A stretch of 38,850 nt of DNA from a virus. The DNA lies in IMG/VR virus record IMGVR_UViG_3300045988_098026, positions 1-38,850 of that record; one strand, 5' to 3'. Within the stretch, counting starts at the first letter, position 1. Each line of letters begins with the position of its first letter. This document shows positions 21,089 to 30,089 of this stretch, in pieces. The notes below the pieces were generated by a model. The model saw only the letters and a program-made list of their open reading frames with translations. It did not search any database and was not told the origin of the DNA. The position numbers and the translations under genes are program-made.

Positions 21089-23014
21089 TTATTTGAACAT
21101 ATTGGAAATTTCCTGCTGCTGTGCGGCGCTCAGACTATTCCAGTGACTTTTCAGGATGTTTTGTGCCCGCTGATAGCCGCCGCGATTCATATAATCAGAA
21201 ATCGTCCGTTTCAATTCATCATAGCCCATAGAGTAACCGCTCTTCCGGCCCTTGCTATACTTCGCCCATGCCTGGTCAGCCGTCAGGCCGCCGGCGGCCT
21301 TCTTGGAGTTGGTCCCCCACTTGCCGTCAGCGGTCGCGCCGTAGTATTTCTGAAGCTGCTTTACCTGCTCGTTGGTGAGGCTGCCGTTGGAGTAGCCGCT
21401 TTTGCCGCTGCGCTTGCTGCCGGTTTTGGCAGTGCCGGTTGTCCCCGCCTTCAGCTTGCCGGTGCCGTACAGGGCATCATAAGACCCCTGCCCGTAGTAG
21501 TAATCGAAGGCGGAGATCACGTCATCCGTCACGATGCCGTTTTTCAGCGCGGACTGCACCTGACTGGCAGTCAGCGTCGGCTTTACCACGGTGCTGCCGC
21601 CGGAGCTGCCGGAGCCGGAGCCGCCGGTATGCCCGCCGTACTTGGCGTAAAGATTCTGCTGGCGGACGTATTCCTCATACAGGGCGTTTGCCAGCTCTGC
21701 GTCTCCCGTGGCCTCTGCCTTGGCAATGGCGTTCCGGTACTCCGTGTCAAGCTGGCTCCGCTGGAGGTCGATCGCCGCCGTTTTTTCCGCCTGCTCCCGG
21801 TCGATCTGGGAAAGGTTCTGCTGAAGCACAACGTCCTGTGCCAGCGCCGCCTGTCCGGTGGTGCCGGTGTTCAGGCCGTTTGCCACGGCCATCTCCTGAA
21901 ACGCGCCTCGGCTCAGGGCGTTCTGGTTGGCCGCGCTGTTCCGGGCGATGTCATACACCGGCGCGATCTGTGCGCGGCTGGCATCCAGGGTGGAGGTGTT
22001 CTTCTCGTAGGCGGATTTCAGCGCTGCCAGTTCCGCCGCCACTTTCTGGGCGTACAGTTCTTTCAAATAGTTGCTGCCGTCCCCGATGTCATAGCTGGTT
22101 CCGATCTGACTGGTGGAATAGTTCCTGGTGGGGGTGCTGCCTGCCGCAATGTCCGTCACCCGCTGCTGACCGCCTGCCTGTGCGCCGCCGTTTGCGGCCA
22201 GATAATCCCCAAAGGACTGGACATTGCCGCTTTCCTGTGCGGTGGGGGAGGTGTCTGTGCCCATAAGATAGCGGTAATAGTCCAGTTCTGCGCTCTCCGG
22301 GCTGGTGAAAAGTCCCAGCTGTTTCCGGCGGTCATTCACGGCAGACAAGGCGCCGTTGTCTGTCACATAGCCGTTCTTGTCGATGGTGTAGCCGTACCCG
22401 GCCCGGATGGCATTTGCTGCTTGGTTTGCCTGATCCCCGGTGATCTCACCACGCTGGAGCTGCCCACGGATGGCCGAAATTTTCGCCCGGTCTAAAGCGG
22501 TCAGAATTTCATTATCCGTCCACGCACCGCTTTTGCTGTAGCTGCCGTTCCCAGCGTTGATGTCCTGATGGGGGGTGTAGTCCGCCACGCCCTTCACCGC
22601 CTTGTAGGCATAGCCGTTGTCATCATAAAACACGGTATAGCCATTGGACACCTGCGCCTTACCAGCCAAATCCGTGCGGCGGCTCATGTCCGCGCCTACG
22701 CTGTAGGTCACGCCACCCTGCGTGTAGTTCTTTACCTCGGAGTTGCTGGAGGGCATCCCGTAAACGCCGCCGCCGTTGTCCTCGCGGGTGTATTCCACGC
22801 CCTTGTAGCTGCCTTTGGAACTGCCGCCGGAGGACCCGCCGTAGGTCTGCGTGTATGTCTTATTAGAGCCGATCATATTCGGCTCCTTGCCGCCGTACTT
22901 ATCGTCGATCTTGTTCTGCCGCTCTTGACGCAGCTGCGCCCGCTCGGAGGCCGACAGATCCGTTCGCTGAAGCTCTTTGGAATAGTCCTTGTTCTTGTCG
23001 TAATAGCCTGCCAT
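21089..23014 (-). CDS. 641-aa Gly/Ser/Tyr-rich virion (internal/ejection) protein with a PG-binding-like C-terminal segment
   Basis: AAGGAGGG RBS. Low-complexity G/S/Y regions and a coiled-coil middle. VKQLQKYYGATADGKWGTNSKKAAGGLTADQAW resembles PG_binding_1. Confidence 0.5.
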   Translation of the reverse strand: MAGYYDKNKDYSKELQRTDLSASERAQLRQERQNKIDDKYGGKEPNMIGSNKTYTQTYGGSSGGSSKGSYKGVEYTREDNGGGVYGMPSSNSEVKNYTQGGVTYSVGADMSRRTDLAGKAQVSNGYTVFYDDNGYAYKAVKGVADYTPHQDINAGNGSYSKSGAWTDNEILTALDRAKISAIRGQLQRGEITGDQANQAANAIRAGYGYTIDKNGYVTDNGALSAVNDRRKQLGLFTSPESAELDYYRYLMGTDTSPTAQESGNVQSFGDYLAANGGAQAGGQQRVTDIAAGSTPTRNYSTSQIGTSYDIGDGSNYLKELYAQKVAAELAALKSAYEKNTSTLDASRAQIAPVYDIARNSAANQNALSRGAFQEMAVANGLNTGTTGQAALAQDVVLQQNLSQIDREQAEKTAAIDLQRSQLDTEYRNAIAKAEATGDAELANALYEEYVRQQNLYAKYGGHTGGSGSGSSGGSTVVKPTLTASQVQSALKNGIVTDDVISAFDYYYGQGSYDALYGTGKLKAGTTGTAKTGSKRSGKSGYSNGSLTNEQVKQLQKYYGATADGKWGTNSKKAAGGLTADQAWAKYSKGRKSGYSMGYDELKRTISDYMNRGGYQRAQNILKSHWNSLSAAQQQEISNMFK

Positions 23015-23026
23015 ACATGGCCCTCC

Positions 23027-24046
23027 TTATCCGTTCCAATCCGAGCGGGTTTCCCGGACGTCAATATGCGTGAAGCTGTCATAAATCCCCACGCCGCCCC
23101 AGTCCGGCATCAGCGTCCGGGCATAAGCCGCCACCGCTGCCGGGGTCTGGCCCTTCACGGAAATGTCCGCCGCCGTGCCATAGCAGTGCTGGCTGTGGGC
23201 CACGCCGCCAACCTTGGTATTGTACTGCGGCGTCCGATACCCGCTGTTGATGGTCACAGCCGTGCCGAAATGATCCCGGATGGTCTGCAATACCATCACC
23301 AGCCGGGGCGCTACCAAAACGACATCGCTGCCGTCCTTGCAGGCAAACTCGCTGACTTTGAAATTGCCGGACAGCTTCTTGCCGCCGTCCTTCGCCTTGG
23401 AATAGGCGTTGATCTCTACCATAGGTTTCTCTCCTTCCGGTTCAAATGCGTCGCCGCTTTTCAACTTCCAGACGAGGAAGAACGGGATCACCCGCCCGTC
23501 ACCGGTGAAGCCCTTGCCCTCGCTGTCCATAAAGCAGGTAGACCCGCCGCCGTCCATCATAATGGCGTTGTCCCAGCCGGACGCCGCCAGCAGGTCACGG
23601 AGTTGTTCCGGCGACCGCCGGCCCTTGCTCACATAGTAGGCGAACCGTCCATTCTTGGTGCCGATGGCCGTTCGTGGCGCACGGTAGCGCATATCCGCTC
23701 CGCAGTGGACGGGGTCGATCTTCTTCCCGCCGATGATGAGGTGGACGCACTCCATGTAATTCGCGTCCCCGTTGGGCACGGCCTTCACGCCGAAGTCCGC
23801 CGGGGTGTTCCAGCTGATGCCCCACGCCCGGTAATTGGGGGCCTTGTAGACCTTGCCGTCCGCTTTCAGGTGGCAGGCCGGTATCTGGTTCCGCAGGAAA
23901 ATGGAGCCATTGCAGATAGCGTCCCCGCCCGCCTCCGCCAGCATCTTCTTCAGGTTGGCCGTGGTGGAGCGGAGACGCTTCCGGTTGAAATAGATTTTAA
24001 TAAATTGGAGGTCGGAGAGCGGGACAGTGCCCGCTCTCGTGCTCAT
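23027..24046 (-). CDS. Two-domain endolysin: N-terminal phosphodiester-glycosidase (NAGPA/DUF2233-like) plus C-terminal Peptidase_M15A
   Basis: RTAIGTKNGRFAYYVSKG...AIMMDGGGSTCF (NAGPA-like). SGYRTPQYNTKVGGVAHSQHCYGTAADI...THIDVR (M15A Zn site). Directly downstream of the holin. Confidence 0.75.
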   Translation of the reverse strand: MSTRAGTVPLSDLQFIKIYFNRKRLRSTTANLKKMLAEAGGDAICNGSIFLRNQIPACHLKADGKVYKAPNYRAWGISWNTPADFGVKAVPNGDANYMECVHLIIGGKKIDPVHCGADMRYRAPRTAIGTKNGRFAYYVSKGRRSPEQLRDLLAASGWDNAIMMDGGGSTCFMDSEGKGFTGDGRVIPFFLVWKLKSGDAFEPEGEKPMVEINAYSKAKDGGKKLSGNFKVSEFACKDGSDVVLVAPRLVMVLQTIRDHFGTAVTINSGYRTPQYNTKVGGVAHSQHCYGTAADISVKGQTPAAVAAYARTLMPDWGGVGIYDSFTHIDVRETRSDWNG

Positions 24047-24498
24047 GTGTGAGCCTCCGTATTCTGTTTTCCCTGATCGCTGGCCTGCCGGATGGCGTCC
24101 AGCATATTCTTAACAAAGGCCGGGTAGGGCACCCCCATAATGGCCGTATTCTCCAAAATCGACAGGCCCTCGTTGGCAATAAAGAACATACACACTGCGT
24201 CCCGTACAAAATCGCTGGATGTGGCCTGATCCAGTAATGCCCCCATCCATACCAGTGCCAGCATGACGCACTTCTTCGCCAGTCCCTTGAAGCCCGCGTC
24301 GGAACTCAGTGCCCCGGTGCTGCTCTTCCCGGACTTGTGCCAGATAGCCGCCACCATCCATCCGGTGGCGTAGTCCAGCACCATAAAACAGATCAGCACT
24401 TTCAGCGCCATGTCCCATCCCCCCAGTGCCTGTGCAATCACGGAGCCGGTCGCAGCCAGCACCGCCAACACCATATTTTTGATGTGCATTGCGTTCAT
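24043..24498 (-). CDS. Holin (phage_holin_4_1 / holin_tox_secr type)
   Basis: AGGAGGG RBS before the ATG at 24498 (MNAMHIKN...). VLDYATGWMVAA...GFKGLAKKCVMLALV...ANEGLSILEN motifs. The track start at 24618 is upstream read-through. Confidence 0.75.
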   Translation of the reverse strand: MNAMHIKNMVLAVLAATGSVIAQALGGWDMALKVLICFMVLDYATGWMVAAIWHKSGKSSTGALSSDAGFKGLAKKCVMLALVWMGALLDQATSSDFVRDAVCMFFIANEGLSILENTAIMGVPYPAFVKNMLDAIRQASDQGKQNTEAHT

Positions 24499-24539
24499 AG
24501 TGTCCCTCCTTTGTATAATTCCGACTTCGTTTCGTGCAG

Positions 24540-24629
24540 TTAAAACCGGGGCCACTGCCGTTCGCAGATGGGGCAGACCTGCCGCCCCTCCGGGATGATA
24601 GCCCCACAGCAGATGCAAGTGTTATTCAT
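24540..24629 (-). CDS. 29-aa CxxC...CxxC Zn-ribbon mini-ORF
   Basis: AGGAGA 5 nt before the ATG at 24629, inside the XkdX-like 3' end. MNNTCICCGAIIPEGRQVCPICERQWPRF. Translated by hand. Confidence 0.4.
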   Translation of the reverse strand: MNNTCICCGAIIPEGRQVCPICERQWPRF

Positions 24630-24750
24630 ACGCTTCTCCTGCAATTTCCGCGTAATCCCCAGCGGTCAACACGCCTTTTTTCACGGCGTTCTTGACCATG
24701 GCCTTTGTCCACAACCTCTGCTTGTACCACTTTGCGATTTTCTCTTTCAC
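24622..24750 (-). CDS. xkdX: XkdX-family small protein
   Basis: GTG start 7 nt after GAGGG. VKEKIAKWYKQRLWTKAMVKNAVKKGVLTAGDYAEIAGEAYE matches the XkdX pattern (...W..GLWTK..V...V.KG.IT..EY.EITGE). Translated by hand. Confidence 0.55.
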   Translation of the reverse strand: MKEKIAKWYKQRLWTKAMVKNAVKKGVLTAGDYAEIAGEAYE

Positions 24751-24753
24751 GGA

Positions 24754-25017
24754 TTAACCCTCACTTTCCATTAGAGTGTCAGTCATCAGAGCCGTATACG
24801 CCACTTGGGCCTCGATGCGGTCAATCTGGGTGGGTGCAGGCTCCGGCTCACCATCATCCTCAATAGTATACTCGCCATTGTGGGCTTCCGCCTTGGCGAT
24901 TTTCTCATTGCCCTCGCTCCATCCCAGCGTGATAGCGGAGAAAACCTGCTTAATCTTCGGCTCATCCTCCGTGCCGTGGTTGGCCTCGGTACAGAGCTGA
25001 TATTTGATAACTTTCAT
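24754..25017 (-). CDS. XkdW-like tail-fibre-associated small protein
   Basis: 87 aa. C-terminus QIDRIEAQVAYTALMTDTLME is typical of proteins downstream of Firmicutes prophage fibres. AAGGAGGAAGG RBS. Confidence 0.5.
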   Translation of the reverse strand: MKVIKYQLCTEANHGTEDEPKIKQVFSAITLGWSEGNEKIAKAEAHNGEYTIEDDGEPEPAPTQIDRIEAQVAYTALMTDTLMESEG

Positions 25018-25029
25018 GGTCCTTCCTCC

Positions 25030-26541
25030 TTAGTCCGTGGTTTTTGTGTATTTGAGCATTACATGGCAGGTGTCTCCTGCCGCGCTTGTGCCGCACGCAA
25101 GTGTGATTTTTGTACGATCAACATCAGCAACGTAGTAGCTCCATGGATCCGACAAATTATTGTTAGAAATGCTGGGCATTGGCATACTGCCACGCAATCC
25201 TTGGAAAGATATGCAATCCCGCATATTCACAATTCCGTGCTCCACTTGTTTATTGTCCGCAATCTGTCCACAATCAACGATCTTATAATATACCGGCTTT
25301 CCGAGATACCGCTCCGTGGTTCGGTACTCAACACCAAGCTCCATCGGAGGGTTAGTATGCTCCCAATCGCCCCATACATTCAGACGCTTTTCGCGCACTC
25401 CATATACCTCTCCACTCACATAAGCCGCAAGTTGTAAAGCCGTTGCTGAATCATAGTTTAAGTGAATAATATAGTGCCACCCGCCATAAAGCACATTCCT
25501 AACTGCACGATAGAATCCCGTAGCGGTAATCAGATTTGCGTCTGCAAAGCCTTCGCTGTTTTCGGGGGCATCTGCAAGCACACCTCCCAGCCCAAACCCG
25601 TCGGGGGCTGCGTCGATATTTCCCCTCGCCTTGGTTTTCTGCGCGTCCGTCAGGCTCTGAGCGGCGTCGTAGCGGACTGCGCCGGCTACCGCAGCCCGGA
25701 GGTCGGGGTGTGCGTCAACGCTCTGGTTATGTGCCGTTACATAGCCTTGTGCCTCCACCTTGGTAGCAAAGTCACCGCCGGCCGCTGTCTGCGCCTGCTG
25801 CGCCCAGTATTTAGCGTTATCCGTGTCCTCACCGGGACGGGTTCCGGTGCCGCCCACTGCCCAGCTTTCCGCCGTCTTGTTGATGCCTGCCACACTGGCC
25901 GCGTTCTGCGCCGCTGCCGCTGCGCTGGCTTGTGCCTGAGACGCGAAGCCGGATGCCGCCGCTGCCGCGCTGCTGGCGGTGCTGGCTGCTATCCCTGCGC
26001 TGCTGGCAGCGCTCTGAGCCGTCTGGGCGCTGGCAGATGCGCTCTCCGCACTCCCCGCCGCTGCATTGGCCTGCGCGGTTGCTTGGGCAACGATGCCGGT
26101 GTTCTCGTCGGCTCGTGCCTGCTCCGCCACCGCTCTCTGTGCTTCCGCTTCCACACGGCTGTTCTCCGCCGATACCCGCTTCTGTTCGTTCTGGACCCGG
26201 ATACTCTCCGCAGATGTCCGCCCCTGCTCAGCGGTGACACGGCTTGCCTCGGCGGTCACACGCCCCTGCTCTGCCGCAACACGCGCCGCCTCCGCCTGCT
26301 TACGGTCCTCCTCCGTGGCATCATCCGTCAGAACCGCCGGAATCAGGGTCTCGTTGATGTACTTTTTGATGATGTTGCCGGATTCGTCAAACTTTTCTTT
26401 CAGCTCCGCACTGGTCAGCCCGCCCACGTCGTTCGGCTCATCATCCAATTTCTGAATGATGTTCAGATCGCCGTCCAGCAGTTGGATTTCCAGATTGGAG
26501 TTGGCTACCACGTTCAGATCCGCTGTCAATCGTTTTTCCAT
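25030..26541 (-). CDS. Tail fibre / receptor-binding protein
   Basis: 503 aa. Repeated (A/S)xRVxAE heptad-like coiled coil (AARVAAEQGRVTAEASRVTAEQGR...), Ala/Ser-rich stalk and a globular C-terminal domain. Confidence 0.65.
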   Translation of the reverse strand: MEKRLTADLNVVANSNLEIQLLDGDLNIIQKLDDEPNDVGGLTSAELKEKFDESGNIIKKYINETLIPAVLTDDATEEDRKQAEAARVAAEQGRVTAEASRVTAEQGRTSAESIRVQNEQKRVSAENSRVEAEAQRAVAEQARADENTGIVAQATAQANAAAGSAESASASAQTAQSAASSAGIAASTASSAAAAASGFASQAQASAAAAAQNAASVAGINKTAESWAVGGTGTRPGEDTDNAKYWAQQAQTAAGGDFATKVEAQGYVTAHNQSVDAHPDLRAAVAGAVRYDAAQSLTDAQKTKARGNIDAAPDGFGLGGVLADAPENSEGFADANLITATGFYRAVRNVLYGGWHYIIHLNYDSATALQLAAYVSGEVYGVREKRLNVWGDWEHTNPPMELGVEYRTTERYLGKPVYYKIVDCGQIADNKQVEHGIVNMRDCISFQGLRGSMPMPSISNNNLSDPWSYYVADVDRTKITLACGTSAAGDTCHVMLKYTKTTD

Positions 26542-28215
26542 TTAAGCACCTACCTCCGTTTTCGGCACTTCGCCGGTCTCGTTGATCTTCCGCTGTAACT
26601 GGCCGTATCCGGCCCCGCCCCGAATGGGGACGGCTTCCTCTTCGGTAACAGGCTGTTCGCCCTCTGCTCCCGGCTGACCACCCATCATGGCGCGTTCCTG
26701 CTGCTGGAGGGCTTGGATCAGCGCCTCCTTGTCGGTGATCTGTCCGGCGGGCAGCCGTTTCAGATACTCCACCGTGGAGATCTTGCCCTGCATCAGCAGG
26801 TTGTCCAGCGTCTGCATGGCGGCAATCTCGCTCCAATAGGACGCTGCGCCAGCATCCAGCCCGATGGTGAAGGGGATCTCCTTCAGGATGGAGAAGTCAA
26901 ATGGAACCACCAATTTGCTGTTGTCATAGGGGTTGGAGATCTCCACATACCGCTCTCCGTAGTATTCGCCCATGAACTCCATGTAGATGCGGCCCAGATT
27001 CTCAATGCTCTGCAAGAGGTTCTGCTTTGTCAGCTCCATGGGCGTTGCCGCCGCCCGCTGCAAGGCAATAATGGCGGAGGTGTTGTCCGGGCGGGTATCG
27101 CCCAGCGCCACGTCCGATGCGCCGAGGAACTTCTGCGTGTAGCTGATGGCAATGTCGATGAACTGGCTGATCTGAGGGGAAATGCTGGCGGGGTCAATGA
27201 TCTTCGCCACGCCCTCCACACTTCCGTTTACCGGAATGGCCCCGCCGATCTTGTTCGTCCACTTGGCTACCTTGGTGGAATCGTATACCACCTTCGGATA
27301 GGCCAGCGTCATCAGCGAGATCATGGACATGGCGAACAGCTTGTTTACAAAAATCTGGTTGGGAAGCAGACCGGTAATCATGGCCTGTCCGTGATAGCAG
27401 TCCTGCACATAGTCCCAGTTCATCCACGTCAGGGGATACAGCTTGATGCCGAGATCCAGATCGCCCCGAATCTCCGCCTGCCGGGTGCACTCGTAGGCGT
27501 GGACGGTGCCGGTCTCGTCATCCTTCCACAGCCGGAGCAGCACCGTCACCTTGTTCCCGCTGCCGCTCATGGAATCCATGTAGTTGTTGCCGCAGTCCTT
27601 GTTGTCCGGCTGGATCTCGTCCGGGTCCTTGCCGTACCGCTTGGCCCGCTTCCGGGCCTCGCTCAGCAGCATCCGCCGTTCCAGAATAATGTAGGGCTGG
27701 CTCTGCACGTCCCGGTTGTTGGGGTTGCCGAACAAAACCTGCGTGTTCATCAGGACCTCCGTGCGGATGGCGCCCTTGCTTGCCTGCCCGGTCTCCGCCG
27801 TATCGTCCCAGTAGGTATACATACAGCCGTCACCGTCCACGGCGGCATTTCGGGTATACTCCCGGATACGCCCGCCGATGCTGTTGTGCTCGAAGATGGA
27901 CGCGAACTGATCGTTGAGAATGTCGGCCACCAACTCCAGGGTCTGCGTGTTCCGATTCCCGCTGGAGGACATGGCCCGCGCCCACAGCTTCAGGTTATCC
28001 GTGGAGATATTCGCCACGGAGAACAGCACCACCCGCTTCAAAAAGTTAAATACGGGGGTGGGAAGGCCGTTGCTCTGCACGCCCTCCCACTGCTTACCTA
28101 TGAAGAAATTTTCGTTGGTCTCCACGCAGTCATAGAGGTCAATACCGCTGTTGAAGCTGATGCCTGCGTTGTATTCCTTGCCGACCCGTTCCGGGGTCAT
28201 CGTCTGTTTGCTCAT
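26542..28215 (-). CDS. Portal protein (SPP1 Gp6-like)
   Basis: 557 aa. N-terminal ...CVETNENFFIGKQWEG... motif typical of this portal family. Size and position in the morphogenesis operon fit. Confidence 0.7.
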   Translation of the reverse strand: MSKQTMTPERVGKEYNAGISFNSGIDLYDCVETNENFFIGKQWEGVQSNGLPTPVFNFLKRVVLFSVANISTDNLKLWARAMSSSGNRNTQTLELVADILNDQFASIFEHNSIGGRIREYTRNAAVDGDGCMYTYWDDTAETGQASKGAIRTEVLMNTQVLFGNPNNRDVQSQPYIILERRMLLSEARKRAKRYGKDPDEIQPDNKDCGNNYMDSMSGSGNKVTVLLRLWKDDETGTVHAYECTRQAEIRGDLDLGIKLYPLTWMNWDYVQDCYHGQAMITGLLPNQIFVNKLFAMSMISLMTLAYPKVVYDSTKVAKWTNKIGGAIPVNGSVEGVAKIIDPASISPQISQFIDIAISYTQKFLGASDVALGDTRPDNTSAIIALQRAAATPMELTKQNLLQSIENLGRIYMEFMGEYYGERYVEISNPYDNSKLVVPFDFSILKEIPFTIGLDAGAASYWSEIAAMQTLDNLLMQGKISTVEYLKRLPAGQITDKEALIQALQQQERAMMGGQPGAEGEQPVTEEEAVPIRGGAGYGQLQRKINETGEVPKTEVGA

Positions 28216-28227
28216 GGGTTCACCCCT

Positions 28228-30075
28228 TTATTTCACATTTCCGGTATAGCGGAGCTGCACGTCCGTCTCCAGAACCGTTGCGGTAGACGATGCCGATTTG
28301 CTCTTGAATACCAGCTTGTAGAAGGTGGCCTTCTTCACCTTCATCTTCACCCGCCGTACCTGCGGCTTTCGGTTGGTGCCGAAGGACCAGTGGGCGAAGT
28401 CCGCATGGGCAAAGGTGGCCAGACCGGAGGACACGATTTTCTCCGGGTAGTCGCTGCGGCGGTTGGTTTCCACCGTCACGTGTACGCGGGCATTGCTTTC
28501 CGGCTGAATCGCCACGAAAATAAGCGGGCTGTATTTCAGCACCCAGTCCCGGTCAAAGTCCATGGAGCCGGTGGCCGCGTAGGCGTCAATGTCCTTGCCG
28601 TCGTCGTTCCGGTACTGCCGGGAAAGATGCACCACGCCGCCGTCAGGCCGGAAGCCGTAGGTCTCTAGCCCTATCTCCACCATGGCCCGGAAGCTCAATC
28701 CGGTGTAGAGATACCATGCGTCCGCGCCGTAGTTCAGGATCAGCGCCTTGTCTCCGTACATCCACCAGTATTCCTGTGCCGATTTCCGGTTGAAGATCCG
28801 GGTCTCTTTCATGTCAAAGCCTTGCAGCGTCACTTCTACACGATCGGAGATCCGTTCCGCGTTCCGCTCGTCAAAGGTAATGTTTCCGCTGGTGGACACG
28901 CTCCGCCACCGGTACACCGCCTGATCGTCCAGCGTCAGGGGGTTGTTCTCCAGAATGTCCACCTGCCCCGGAGCCTTATTGCCGAACTGCCGGTTGACGG
29001 GGGTCACATAAAACGCCGCCGTGGTGACGTCCGTAGCCGTTACCAGCGTGGAATAGCTCATGGAGTAGGTGGCGTCCTGCTTGAATACCACCAGCCGTGC
29101 GTAATGGCGCACCATGCCGGTGATGGGCGTGTTGGCCTCGCCAACCTCCGCCTCGTACAGATCCGGGAAGTATTCCGCAGAAGGCTTGCCGGTGGCGGAA
29201 TCAATCCCGGAGTAAATGGTTTTGTTGGTGCCGTCTCCGTATAGGAACACACGGCTGTCCGTCTGGCCGTTGTAAAGCTCGGAGAAGTGCATCCTCGTTA
29301 CCTGCGCCCGTTCTCCGTTGCCACTGCGGTAGATCAGCTCCAGTGTGTTGGTGCCGGCAGCTGGAGCGGGGGTAATGGTGAAGGTCCGCGCCGTCAGGTC
29401 AGCGGTGTAGGTCTGCGCCGTGTCCCCGATCTTCACGGAGATGATCTCATCCACCGTCTTTTCCGGGATGTGGAAAACCGTCTCCTTGCCGTCCGGGGAA
29501 TACAGCACCTTCCGCTTGCCCGTCAACCGGTTTACATTTTCCAGCAGAAACCCACCGCCCGCAGGCGTGGTGGCGTTCATCACCGTGGGGATATAGCCCT
29601 CCACCGCCGCAAAGCTGCTGTTGTCCTTGCCGTCCCAGCTCATGTATTCATGGCCGTTCAGCAGGTAGACCTTGTTGGAAAAGCCGAAGAACGAGGTCTG
29701 GTCCTGCGTGCACTGGCCCACAACCTTGGTTGTTGCCGCCGCCGGGTCCAGAGAGAAGATCAGCCCGCCGAAGGCGGCCAGAGTCCGCTGCTTGCTGTCT
29801 ACCACGCCCTCCCATGCGCCGGAGAAAACCGGGTTTGCTGTGGGGGCCGTGTGACCGCTCTCCGCGCACCATGCGTCCCATGCCGTTTTCAGATTCAAAA
29901 CCGTTTTGGTGCCGGGGCGCAGCTGCAAGTGCTTCTCCCGCGTCACGCGGAAGTTCCGCATCTTGCTCATTTCGCCGTTCTTGATCTTGGTATCCCCGTC
30001 CGGGTTCTCGTTCAGGCCCAAAAACTGGCGGATCTTCAACACCTGAATATCGTTGCTGGATGTGATTTGAGCCAT
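28228..30075 (-). CDS. 615-aa virion protein, candidate tail tubular / nozzle / adaptor component
   Basis: AAAGGAGG RBS. Beta-rich composition. Located between TerL and portal. No motif recognised. Confidence 0.35.
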   Translation of the reverse strand: MAQITSSNDIQVLKIRQFLGLNENPDGDTKIKNGEMSKMRNFRVTREKHLQLRPGTKTVLNLKTAWDAWCAESGHTAPTANPVFSGAWEGVVDSKQRTLAAFGGLIFSLDPAAATTKVVGQCTQDQTSFFGFSNKVYLLNGHEYMSWDGKDNSSFAAVEGYIPTVMNATTPAGGGFLLENVNRLTGKRKVLYSPDGKETVFHIPEKTVDEIISVKIGDTAQTYTADLTARTFTITPAPAAGTNTLELIYRSGNGERAQVTRMHFSELYNGQTDSRVFLYGDGTNKTIYSGIDSATGKPSAEYFPDLYEAEVGEANTPITGMVRHYARLVVFKQDATYSMSYSTLVTATDVTTAAFYVTPVNRQFGNKAPGQVDILENNPLTLDDQAVYRWRSVSTSGNITFDERNAERISDRVEVTLQGFDMKETRIFNRKSAQEYWWMYGDKALILNYGADAWYLYTGLSFRAMVEIGLETYGFRPDGGVVHLSRQYRNDDGKDIDAYAATGSMDFDRDWVLKYSPLIFVAIQPESNARVHVTVETNRRSDYPEKIVSSGLATFAHADFAHWSFGTNRKPQVRRVKMKVKKATFYKLVFKSKSASSTATVLETDVQLRYTGNVK

Positions 30076-30089
30076 CGTCCGGGCCTCCT

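Noticed and set aside
25030-26541. Diversity-generating retroelement targeting the tail-fibre C-terminus.
   Set aside because: There is no reverse-transcriptase-like ORF anywhere in the genome, and I could find no template/variable repeat pair by eye.
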